From Solirubrobacteraceae bacterium (GTDB lineage: Bacteria; Actinomycetota; Thermoleophilia; Solirubrobacterales; Solirubrobacteraceae): DNA of 64,000 nt. Below, one piece after another: positions 29,652 to 37,943 of the stretch. The stretch spans positions 20,616 to 84,615 of the forward strand of contig DATKSM010000047.1 of NCBI GenBank assembly GCA_035531655.1, given 5' to 3'. The position numbers were made by a program, and so were the translations under genes. Below the pieces are notes generated by a model. The model was given only the letters and a program-made list of their open reading frames with translations, made no database searches and was not told where the DNA came from. Numbering within the stretch: position 1 is the stretch's first letter; the number at the start of each line of letters is the position of its first letter.

Positions 29652-30391
29652 ATCGCTTACAAGACAAAGTCGCAGTGATCACCGGCGCCGCCGGTGGGAT
29701 CGGCCTGGCCACCGCCGAGCTGTTCTCGGCAGAGGGCGCCCGTGTCGTGGGTGTCGATCTGCGTGAGCACGAGGTCGGCGAGCTCTCGCTCCAGGGCGAC
29801 CTCACCGACGAAGCGGCCGTGATCGAGCTGTACCGGACCGTGCGCGAGAAGTTCGGGACGATCGACGTGCTTTTCAATAACGCCGGCATCTCACCGACCG
29901 ACGATGACTCCGTGCTGAAGACCGAGCTGGAGGTCTGGCAGCGCGTGCAGGACGCGAACCTCAAGAGCGTGTTCCTCTGCTGCAAGTACGGGATCCCGCA
30001 CTTGCTCGAAACCGGCGGTGGCTCGGTCATCAACACCGCCTCCTTCGTCGCGGTGATGGGCGCCGCCACCTCGCAGATCTCTTACACGGCCTCCAAGGGG
30101 GGTGTGCTGGCGATGTCTCGCGAGCTCGGCGTCGAGTTCGCCAAGAGCGGCGTGCGCGTCAACGCACTCTGCCCCGGACCGGTGAGCACACCGCTGTTGA
30201 TCGAGCTTTTCGCCAAGGATCCCGAACGTGCGGCGCGGCGACTCGTGCACGTGCCGATGGGACGCTTCGGCGAAGCCCACGAGATAGCCAAGGCGGTGCT
30301 ATTCCTCGCCAGTGACGACTCGTCGTTCATGACGGCGTCCTCGCTGCTGGTCGACGGCGGGATCAACGGGGCGTACACGACCCCGCTGTAG
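29648..30391 (+). CDS. Short-chain dehydrogenase/reductase
   Basis: TGAAGGIG, NNAG, YTASK, PG motifs. Confidence 0.93.
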   Translation: MNRLQDKVAVITGAAGGIGLATAELFSAEGARVVGVDLREHEVGELSLQGDLTDEAAVIELYRTVREKFGTIDVLFNNAGISPTDDDSVLKTELEVWQRVQDANLKSVFLCCKYGIPHLLETGGGSVINTASFVAVMGAATSQISYTASKGGVLAMSRELGVEFAKSGVRVNALCPGPVSTPLLIELFAKDPERAARRLVHVPMGRFGEAHEIAKAVLFLASDDSSFMTASSLLVDGGINGAYTTPL

Positions 30392-30436
30392 CGCCCGCGG
30401 CCAGAAGCTTTCGGGCCTGGTCCAAGTCTGCTACTC

Positions 30437-30476
30437 GTTCGGCCGCGATCTCCTACTGTGACGGTCGCGGCCGAAC
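30437..30476. terminator. 12-bp perfect hairpin (terminator or operator)
   Basis: GTTCGGCCGCGA-N16-TCGCGGCCGAAC between the SDR gene and the GT-C operon. Confidence 0.5.
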
Positions 30477-30497
30477 CGTCTAAAACTCCCTGAACGC

Positions 30498-32189
30498 ATG
30501 ACTGCCGTAAGCCGCTCGCGGACCCGATCGCTCAACCTCTCGCTCTTCCGGGGCGGGCGCTTCTACGTGTGGCTGACGCTGCTCGCACTCGCGCTGAGCG
30601 CGCTCTCGCTGCTGTTTCCCTCGACCCCCAGCTATGACCCCTATTCGTGGCTGATCTGGGGGCGGGAGATCTTCCACGGACAGCTGCACATCGCGGGCGG
30701 CTCGAGTTGGAAGCCGCTGCCGGTGATCTTCACGACGGTGTTTGCGCTGTTCGGTTCCGCACAGCCGAACCTGTGGCTGGTCGTCGCGCGGGCGGGTGCC
30801 GTGGTGACGGCGCTGATGTCCGTCAGGCTCACCGTGCGGATCACGTGGAGCCTGGTCTCGCAGAGCAGAGTCGGCGCGCTGCGCCGAGGTGAATCGTGGC
30901 TGGGCCGAACGGTGGCCGTCGCGCCCGCGGTACTGGCCGGCGCAGCCGTCCTGATCTGCACGACCTTCACCAGGGGTTACCCGGTCAACATGATGCTCGG
31001 CTACTCGGAGGGCGTGATGACGGCAGCCTTCCTGATCGCCGTCGAACGCGCCTGGGACGGCCACCATCGCCAGGCGTTCGCGCTCGGCATCATTCCCTGT
31101 CTCGACCGACCGGAGGTCTGGCTCTTGTGGGGCCTCTACGGCCTCTGGCTGATGCGGCGGGAGCGCGGCGCCCGACTGCTGGTGATCGGACTCGGGATCC
31201 TGATGCTGGCGCTCTGGGTCGTGCCGCAGGAGCTCGGCGGCGGCCACGGCGGCATCCTCGGGCTGGCGACGCACGCCCAGCACAACCGCTCCCGCAAGAG
31301 CGCCGCAAACACGTCCTTCCCGTTCTGGAACGAGCTCGCCTACACGCTCTGGCCGCTTATAGTGGAGCGGCTCGAGTTCGCCTCGCTGCTACTGACCGGC
31401 TATACCGCGTATCTGCTGGTGCGCGCGCGGCGCCGGCTGGGAAGCTGGCGCGGCGCCGTGGAGCACTATCCGGCGGCGGTCGCAGCCGCCCTGGCGGGGA
31501 TGTTCGGCTTCGTCTGGTGGCTCGGTATCGCGGTCGAGACCGAGGCAGGGTTTGCCGGCAACCCGCGCTACGCCGTGATCGGCGTGATGCTCGTCGGCGT
31601 CAGTGGCTGCGCCGCCTACGGCTGGGCCTGCGTGGGTCTCGCCACGCTCGTCGCCAGGGTCTGGGGACGCATACGGCGGCGTTCGGGCAACGGTCGGGCG
31701 ACGGTCTCGAACAGGTCGATGACCTGGCTGGCGGCGGCGGCCACGCTCGTGCTGCTCGTCGTGTTCGCGCTGGTGCCGGACCGCTTCACGAACCGGATGC
31801 CGACGATCAGTTCGATCCGCTATGCGCTGCGCTACCAGGCGCGCCTGCGCGAGGAGTTCGCCGCGCTGATCCGGCACGCGGGCGGCACCCAGAAGGTGAT
31901 GGGCTGTGGCAGCATGATGGCCAACAACTACCAGGTGACGATGCTCGCTTGGGACCTTGATGTTCCGATCTATTTCGTCCAGGCGCTGCCGCGGAAGTTC
32001 TCGACTGCTCAAGGCCCGAACGTCGTCTTCCAGGATGCAACGAGCACGGGTGCGAAGCCGTTTCCGTCGGATCTTCAGATGCAGACATGGGAACAGGCCT
32101 GGAAGCACAAGAACGGCTCGCAGTACAAGGTCGTCAAGACCGATCCGGTCACGCTCTATATGGACTGCTCCTTGTACAGCAAGACATGA
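30498..32189 (+). CDS. Polytopic membrane protein, GT-C-fold glycosyltransferase-like
   Basis: Many TM segments; acidic first loop PSYDPYSW, YSE, RPE and PRY motifs. Confidence 0.65.
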   Translation: MTAVSRSRTRSLNLSLFRGGRFYVWLTLLALALSALSLLFPSTPSYDPYSWLIWGREIFHGQLHIAGGSSWKPLPVIFTTVFALFGSAQPNLWLVVARAGAVVTALMSVRLTVRITWSLVSQSRVGALRRGESWLGRTVAVAPAVLAGAAVLICTTFTRGYPVNMMLGYSEGVMTAAFLIAVERAWDGHHRQAFALGIIPCLDRPEVWLLWGLYGLWLMRRERGARLLVIGLGILMLALWVVPQELGGGHGGILGLATHAQHNRSRKSAANTSFPFWNELAYTLWPLIVERLEFASLLLTGYTAYLLVRARRRLGSWRGAVEHYPAAVAAALAGMFGFVWWLGIAVETEAGFAGNPRYAVIGVMLVGVSGCAAYGWACVGLATLVARVWGRIRRRSGNGRATVSNRSMTWLAAAATLVLLVVFALVPDRFTNRMPTISSIRYALRYQARLREEFAALIRHAGGTQKVMGCGSMMANNYQVTMLAWDLDVPIYFVQALPRKFSTAQGPNVVFQDATSTGAKPFPSDLQMQTWEQAWKHKNGSQYKVVKTDPVTLYMDCSLYSKT

Positions 32190-32284
32190 GCAGCGGCAGG
32201 CTTTAGCTCACCTTGAATCGCAAGCGATCGGAGGATCGGTCCACTCAGCGTTTGCCGTGGTCGATCCACTACCCTGCCACGCAT

Positions 32285-32701
32285 ATGTCCCTCGCGAAGG
32301 TCGCGGTGGTCTGCGGGTTGACGGCGCTTCTGATCAGCGCCTGCGGCATCCAAGCCAAGCCCGGGGCAGGCACCGCTCATCTCAGTCACTATGCAGGCTT
32401 CCGCGGCGTCGTGGACGATCCTCGGATTCCGCAGGTCAAGTGCCTGAAGAGCGACAAGCTGCCATATCGCAAGTACTACGCCGACGGCGTCCAGCATCTG
32501 CCTGCGATCCAGGTCGGCGCGCGCACGCAGGGGCCAACGATGATCTTCTACCCGACCGACGGCGTCGCCCAGGGCTTGCAGATCATGGGCCAGGAGACGG
32601 GCGCCGAGGTGATCGGCGCTCTGCTCGTCTACCCGAATCGTGCTCGTGCCAGCGAGCTGACCGAGGTCGAAGCCTGCGCGGCGATCGGCGTCAAGGGCTG
32701 A
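32285..32701 (+). CDS. Lipoprotein of unknown function
   Basis: Lipobox LISAC; paired Cys. Confidence 0.7.
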   Translation: MSLAKVAVVCGLTALLISACGIQAKPGAGTAHLSHYAGFRGVVDDPRIPQVKCLKSDKLPYRKYYADGVQHLPAIQVGARTQGPTMIFYPTDGVAQGLQIMGQETGAEVIGALLVYPNRARASELTEVEACAAIGVKG

Positions 32702-32713
32702 GGTTTCAGGAAT

Positions 32714-34333
32714 ATGGCCGCGACAACCACCAGCGACAAGCTCACAGTCCCTGAGACGAAGGATTCGGGCTTCATCCCCGACTACGAGTTCCCGCTGCCC
32801 GGCTTCATCAGGCAGCTGCCAGCGTGGTCCCGAGTCGCGCTGATCATCTTCATCCTGGTCGTCGCCTCGCTCGTCCTCCGTACGCGGTCGGTCGGCCAGC
32901 AGTACTGGATGGACGAGGCGATCACCGTCGGGATCTCATCCCACCACCTCTCGGCGATCCCGGGAATCATGCGCCAGGACGGGTCGCCGCCGCTTTTCTA
33001 CCTGCTGCTGCATTTTTGGATGCTGATGGTCGGCAATGGCGAGGCCGCGACACACTGGCTGTCTGAGATCTTCGCCGTACTGACGATTCCGATCGGCTAC
33101 TGGGGCGGCCTAAAACTCGCCGGCAAGCGCGCGGGCCTGATCACCGCGGCGCTGATGGCCTCCAGCGCGTTCCTCGACTACTACAGCCAGGAAACACGCA
33201 TGTACGCGCTGATGTCGCTGCTCGGCCTGTTCGGCACGATCGGCTTCGTCCGCGGCTTCGTGTTCCGCGAGCGGCGCTACGTGATCCTCTTCTCGCTTGC
33301 CGAGGCGGCAATGCTGTACACGCACAACTGGGCGCTCTTCTTCGGTGCCGGGTCGGTGCTGTCGCTGGTCGTGCTCTACCGCATCAGCGGCGACGAGATC
33401 CGCCTGAACCTGATTCGCGACGCAATCTACGCCTACGTCGGCGCCGCGATCCTGTTCGTACCGTGGCTTCCGAATTTCATCTTCCAGTCGCTGCACACGG
33501 CGGCCCCCTGGAACACGTCGCCGCGGTTCGGTGCGCCAGTTCAGATCGCCCAGAGTGTGTACGGGGGCGCAACGGTCGCCGCGATCCTGGTCATCGGCGC
33601 AGCTGTGGGCTATACGGGCTTCTTCAGGAAGGCGGAGCGCGCCAGCGCCGAGGCCAAGATCGCCCTGATCCTGTTCACACTCGTCCTCTTCACGCTCCTG
33701 CTCGGCTGGATCGCGTCGCAGATCACGCCGGCCTGGAACCCGCGGTACTTCGCACCGATCGTCCCGGCGATCATCATGTTCACCGCGATTGGGATGTCAC
33801 GGGCGGGTGTGGTCGGCCCGCTCACCTTGGCGGTCGCGCTGATCTTCCTGGCGCGCGCCGATACCTACGCACCTCAACACAAGAGCGACATGCAGGACAT
33901 CGGTGGCGAGATGGGCCCGCTGATGCACAAGGGGGATCTTGTGATCGTCGGCCAGCCCGAACAGACGCCGCTGGCCTACTACTACTTACCCGGTGGACTC
34001 CGATTCTCCAGCACGATCGGGCCGGTGAGGGATCCGACCTTTGTGAACTGGATCAACGCTCTGTCGCGCTACCGTGCCGCGAATCCCGCCAAGGTCCTGC
34101 CGCCGATGCTGAACAAGGTGAAGCCTGGCCAGCAGGTGCTGTACATCCGGCCGCTCACAGAGGGCGTGATCGGGTGGAAGGCGCCGTGGACCTCCGAGAT
34201 CCGGACCCGCTCAGCTCAGTGGGGCAAGATCCTCTCCGACGACAAGCAACTCACCGTCGAGGCGTGGGCGCCCCACAATTACCGTGGCGCCTGCTGCGTC
34301 GCGGACTCCGCCATTCTCTACGTCAAGAAGTAG
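32714..34333 (+). CDS. GT-C glycosyltransferase (GT39/PMT-like)
   Basis: YWMDEA, DGSPPLFYLLLH, YSQETRMYAL, PRYF; RBS AGGA. Confidence 0.88.
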   Translation: MAATTTSDKLTVPETKDSGFIPDYEFPLPGFIRQLPAWSRVALIIFILVVASLVLRTRSVGQQYWMDEAITVGISSHHLSAIPGIMRQDGSPPLFYLLLHFWMLMVGNGEAATHWLSEIFAVLTIPIGYWGGLKLAGKRAGLITAALMASSAFLDYYSQETRMYALMSLLGLFGTIGFVRGFVFRERRYVILFSLAEAAMLYTHNWALFFGAGSVLSLVVLYRISGDEIRLNLIRDAIYAYVGAAILFVPWLPNFIFQSLHTAAPWNTSPRFGAPVQIAQSVYGGATVAAILVIGAAVGYTGFFRKAERASAEAKIALILFTLVLFTLLLGWIASQITPAWNPRYFAPIVPAIIMFTAIGMSRAGVVGPLTLAVALIFLARADTYAPQHKSDMQDIGGEMGPLMHKGDLVIVGQPEQTPLAYYYLPGGLRFSSTIGPVRDPTFVNWINALSRYRAANPAKVLPPMLNKVKPGQQVLYIRPLTEGVIGWKAPWTSEIRTRSAQWGKILSDDKQLTVEAWAPHNYRGACCVADSAILYVKK

Positions 34334-34342
34334 GTTTGATAC

Positions 34343-35866
34343 GTGCCTGAAAGCTCGGTTCCAGCGGCCCGGGCCGCAGCGCCCAACCGCGGCGTGGACA
34401 TCACCACAGATCACCCCGTCGTCGTGATCGGCGGCGGCCCGGCCGGTCTCACGGCCGGCTACCTGCTCGCAAAGCAGGGCAAGCCCGTGGTGGTCCTCGA
34501 GTCGACGGACATGCTCGGCGGCATCGCGCGGACGGAGGTTCGTGACGGTTATCGATTCGACCTCGGCGGCCATCGCTTCTTCACCAAGGCCAAGGAGGTG
34601 GACGCGCTCTGGCACGAGATCATGAAGGAGGAGTTCCTCAAGCGGCCGCGCCAGAGCCGGATCTATTGGAACGACAAGTTCCTCGAGTACCCGCTCGAGG
34701 GCATGGACGTGATCAGGCAACTCGGCGCGCTCGAGCTGACCCGCTGTGGTCTCTCCTACCTGTGGGCGGCCGTCAAGCCCAAGGGCCGCGAGGACACTTT
34801 CGAGCAGTGGGTCTCGAACCGCTTCGGCAAGCGCCTCTACAACCACTTCTTCAAGACCTACACGGAGAAGCTCTGGGGCGTTCCCACCAACGAGATCCGC
34901 GCCGAGTGGGCCGCCCAGCGGATCAAGGGCCTGTCCTTCTTCAGCGCCGCCAAGGCCGCGTTCTTCGGCAACCGGGGGAACATCAAGTCGCTGATCTCCG
35001 AGTTCAACTACCCGCGCTTCGGCCCCGGCCAGATGTGGGAGGAGATGGCGAAGGAGATCAGGGCCCACGGCGGCGAGATCCGCATGAATTCGCCCGTCAC
35101 CAAGCTGAAGACGGACGGCAACGGTCGCGTCGTGGAGGTCGTCGCGGGTGACCAAGCGCTGACCCCCTCCCATGTGATCTCGTCGCTCCCGCTGCGCACA
35201 ACGGTCGGCATCGCCGATCCGGAGGCCCCCGGTGAGGTGCGCGACGCCGCTCGCGGGCTGCGCTATCGCGAGTTCCTGACCGTGCTGCTGGTGATGGAGG
35301 GCGAGGACCTCTTCCCCGACAACTGGATCTACATCCACCAACCCGGCGTAACCGTGCTTCGCATCCAGAACTTCAAGTCGTGGAGCCCATGGATGGTTCC
35401 CAACGACGAGGACGCCTCGATCGGCATGGAGTACTTCTGCTTCGAGGGCGACGAGCTCTGGAACATGGACGATGACGACCTCGTCAAGATGGCCGGCCAG
35501 GAGATCGAGAAGCTTCACCTCGCCCAGGCGTCGAGCGTGAAGTTCGGCTTCGTCGCGCGCGTCAACAAGGCCTACCCGATCTATGACGAGAAGTACGCCG
35601 AGCGCGTCGCCACGATCCGCAACTGGCTGCAGAACGACATGACGAACCTCGCCCAGGTCGGCCGCAACGGCCTGCACCGCTACAACAACTCCGACCACTC
35701 GATGCTGACCGCGATGCGTGCCGTCGACAACATCCTGCTCGGCACCAACCACGACATCTGGTCGGTGAACGTCGAGAGCGTCTATCACGAAGAGATCCAC
35801 GACAACGAGAACCCATACGCGAACGACCCCGAGCCGCCCGCGATGGACAACCCGCTGGACTCCTAG
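34343..35866 (+). CDS. FAD-dependent oxidoreductase, UDP-galactopyranose mutase-like family
   Basis: GGGPAG, DLGGHRFF, YTEKLWG, AYP, GRNGLHRYNNSDHS. Confidence 0.8.
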   Translation: MPESSVPAARAAAPNRGVDITTDHPVVVIGGGPAGLTAGYLLAKQGKPVVVLESTDMLGGIARTEVRDGYRFDLGGHRFFTKAKEVDALWHEIMKEEFLKRPRQSRIYWNDKFLEYPLEGMDVIRQLGALELTRCGLSYLWAAVKPKGREDTFEQWVSNRFGKRLYNHFFKTYTEKLWGVPTNEIRAEWAAQRIKGLSFFSAAKAAFFGNRGNIKSLISEFNYPRFGPGQMWEEMAKEIRAHGGEIRMNSPVTKLKTDGNGRVVEVVAGDQALTPSHVISSLPLRTTVGIADPEAPGEVRDAARGLRYREFLTVLLVMEGEDLFPDNWIYIHQPGVTVLRIQNFKSWSPWMVPNDEDASIGMEYFCFEGDELWNMDDDDLVKMAGQEIEKLHLAQASSVKFGFVARVNKAYPIYDEKYAERVATIRNWLQNDMTNLAQVGRNGLHRYNNSDHSMLTAMRAVDNILLGTNHDIWSVNVESVYHEEIHDNENPYANDPEPPAMDNPLDS

Positions 35867-35883
35867 AACCCACCACACATCCG

Positions 35884-36357
35884 ATGCGCCGTCTCCTCGC
35901 GCTCTCACTCCTGATCTCATCGCTGGCCTTCGGTTGCGCCGCCGGGCTGACAGCTCCGGCTGCGCTTGCGGCCGGCTCCACCTCGACGGCCGCCCCGACC
36001 ACGCCGGCGACGACCACGCCGGCCACGACCACGCCCGGCTTTGGGTTGTCGAATGCGCAGCAGAACGCGGTCACCCCCACCACCAACAACGTCGCCCCGG
36101 CCACGACGACCTCCGGCAGCGGCGGTCTCTCCGGAGCCGACGCGTTCATCATCGGGATCGTCGGCGTGGGGGTGCTGTTCGGCATCGCTTTCTTCGTGTG
36201 GCGCGATGCGCGCAGTCACGCCGCACGCGTCGGCCACGGCACCGAGTCCGAGTCGATGTTCGGCAAGCGCGCGCACGCCGGCTCCAAGGCTCCGCCCAAA
36301 GCGCGCAAGCTCACGGCGGCTGAGCGCAAGCGGCGCAAGCGCGGCCGCGCGCGCTGA
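35884..36357 (+). CDS. Secreted Thr/Pro-rich protein with C-terminal TM helix and basic tail
   Basis: Signal peptide, PTTPATTTPATTTP, one TM, tail ERKRRKRGRAR. Confidence 0.8.
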   Translation: MRRLLALSLLISSLAFGCAAGLTAPAALAAGSTSTAAPTTPATTTPATTTPGFGLSNAQQNAVTPTTNNVAPATTTSGSGGLSGADAFIIGIVGVGVLFGIAFFVWRDARSHAARVGHGTESESMFGKRAHAGSKAPPKARKLTAAERKRRKRGRAR

Positions 36358-36394
36358 AGTCTCGCTCGTTGATGGCTCTGTCTGTGTGACGCCT

Positions 36395-36449
36395 GCTCAT
36401 GGGCGGTTCGCGCCCCGGGCTGCGCGAGGGGCTCGAACCGCCCATCAGC
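36395..36449. repeat. 22-bp inverted repeat (long hairpin) between convergent genes
   Basis: gctcatgggcggttcgcgcccc ... ggggctcgaaccgcccatcagc, 20/22 complementary. Confidence 0.8.
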
Positions 36450-36520
36450 CGACGTCTGACATTCCGCCTCGCGCGCGCCTCCAGCGTGCGAGCCGAAAGC
36501 TAGATCCGCCGCGCGCGTCG

Positions 36521-36760
36521 TCAGACGAGAGTCAGCTCGGAGGTCGCGACGGTCGTCACAGAGTCATCGGGAAGCGGGGACAGCCGGACCTGCTGCTCGC
36601 CGGCACCGGCTTCGTCGAGAACGAGCGAGACCCCCTCCTCCAAGCTCTCGCGTAGCTCGTCGAGCGTGTCGCCTGTGGCGAAGACCCCTGGATACTCGTC
36701 GACGGTGGCCCAGAAGGCCTGATCCTCGAAGCGGACCCGAACGTGGACAGTCTGCGTCAT
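36521..36760 (-). CDS. hicB: HicB-family antitoxin (no DNA-binding domain)
   Basis: FWATVDEYPGVFATGDTLDELRESLEE; 79 aa. Confidence 0.85.
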   Translation of the reverse strand: MTQTVHVRVRFEDQAFWATVDEYPGVFATGDTLDELRESLEEGVSLVLDEAGAGEQQVRLSPLPDDSVTTVATSELTLV

Positions 36761-36784
36761 TATTGATTCATCCTAGGTAGTGGG

Positions 36785-37042
36785 TCAACGATCCAGCCCG
36801 CGATCGGGCTGAAGCCGCGCGCCGAGGCCCCCGGAGTGCCCCCGGCCATCCAGTTTGGTCTCGCGCCGAAGCTGCGCTTCGAAGCCCTTGGAGTAAGCCC
36901 TGCGATGGTTGTCGGGCAGCGTAACCGGACGCCTGCCCGACCTGGTCATCTTCACCTGATGCTTGCCACCGGCCTGCTGTCTCCAGCCGTCGGTCCTCAG
37001 CAACTTGATCCATTGCGCCTGAGTCTTCGGCATCGCACTCAC
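36785..37042 (-). CDS. hicA: HicA-family toxin
   Basis: IKLLRTDGW..GGKHQVKMT..RPVTLP..H....KG pattern; immediately upstream of hicB. Confidence 0.8.
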   Translation of the reverse strand: MSAMPKTQAQWIKLLRTDGWRQQAGGKHQVKMTRSGRRPVTLPDNHRRAYSKGFEAQLRRETKLDGRGHSGGLGARLQPDRGLDR

Positions 37043-37548
37043 GCCTGGTCGGCGAGTCGCGCCAAGCGCTGCCGGGCTCGGGTCAGTTGACGGGCGACGG
37101 TTCGCCGAGTCTCGCCGGTCACGGAGGCAATCTCCTCGTACTCGTAACCGAAGCCGTGCAGTAGGACCACGCGCTGCTGGCGGAGCGGGAGGCGACGGAT
37201 CTCCGCGAGACGCTCCCGCAACTCGAGCGTCTGCTCCGGGCAGGACTCGGCGGCGCGGTAGTCGGCGAGGCGAATGGGCGCAGCCACCTCGGCGAGCGAG
37301 GCGGCGACCCGGTCGCGGTGCAGCAGGCGCAGAACCTCACGCGTGGCGGCGGTCGAGAGCCAGCCGAGCTCGCTGCCGGGGGCGACCCCCTGACGGTGCG
37401 CGAGAAGCAGGCCCCAGGCGGTCTGGCAGGCGTCCTCGATCACGCACTCCGGCGCCTGCAGATTGACGCTGACGATGCGCACCAGCTGGGGCTGCAGCTC
37501 CGAGTAGAGCACGTCCATGTGTCGCTCGGGATCGACGGTGTTGATCAT
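37039..37548 (-). CDS. ECF-type RNA polymerase sigma factor
   Basis: Region 2 EDACQTAW..GWLSTAATR; region 4 LPLRQQRVVLL..GYEYEEIA..TVARQLTRAR; RBS GGAG. Confidence 0.82.
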   Translation of the reverse strand: MINTVDPERHMDVLYSELQPQLVRIVSVNLQAPECVIEDACQTAWGLLLAHRQGVAPGSELGWLSTAATREVLRLLHRDRVAASLAEVAAPIRLADYRAAESCPEQTLELRERLAEIRRLPLRQQRVVLLHGFGYEYEEIASVTGETRRTVARQLTRARQRLARLADQA

Positions 37549-37563
37549 CCCAATCTCCAATTG

Positions 37564-37634
37564 AGTCTAATTTGACACAAACTAACCTAGCAAGTGTCGC
37601 TGCCGATTGCTAGATTGGCACTCTTATTTAGCTT
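37564..37634. promoter_or_regulatory. Divergent mirror-image promoters
   Basis: AT-rich; CTAGCAA-N13-TTGCTAG; minus TTGCTA-N18-TAGACT, plus TTGCTA-N16-TAGCTT. Confidence 0.5.
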
Positions 37635-37652
37635 CAATCTGACAGGAGTGCA

Positions 37653-37943
37653 ATGCCCATCTACCTCGCAGACGTCAGCGCGAGCCCCGACCCGACAGGC
37701 CTGCCCGGCAGCCACATCCTTCAGCAGATCGTCAACGGAGCCGATGCGTGGGCGCTCGCGATCACGCTCGTCGGTACCTTCGTTGGCGCCGCGGTGTGGG
37801 CGGTCGCGTCGCACACAAACAGCCACCATTACGCCGGCAAGGGGCGTATGGGTGCGCTCGTGTCGGCCGGGTCGGCGCTTGTCATCGGCGCCGCTCCCGG
37901 CCTCGTCAACTTCTTCGCGCACCTGGGAGCCACGGCCAAGTGA
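37653..37943 (+). CDS. Pilin/VirB2-like small membrane protein (DUF6112-like)
   Basis: 96 aa, two hydrophobic helices, PDPTGLPG motif, RBS AGGAG; first gene of the T4SS operon. Confidence 0.75.
   Translation: MPIYLADVSASPDPTGLPGSHILQQIVNGADAWALAITLVGTFVGAAVWAVASHTNSHHYAGKGRMGALVSAGSALVIGAAPGLVNFFAHLGATAK

Noticed and set aside
36395-36449. GGTTCGAGCCC resembles a tRNA T-arm or att site
   Set aside because: The T-stem does not pair, no cloverleaf or anticodon arm can be built, and no second copy was found at the other end of the T4SS block.
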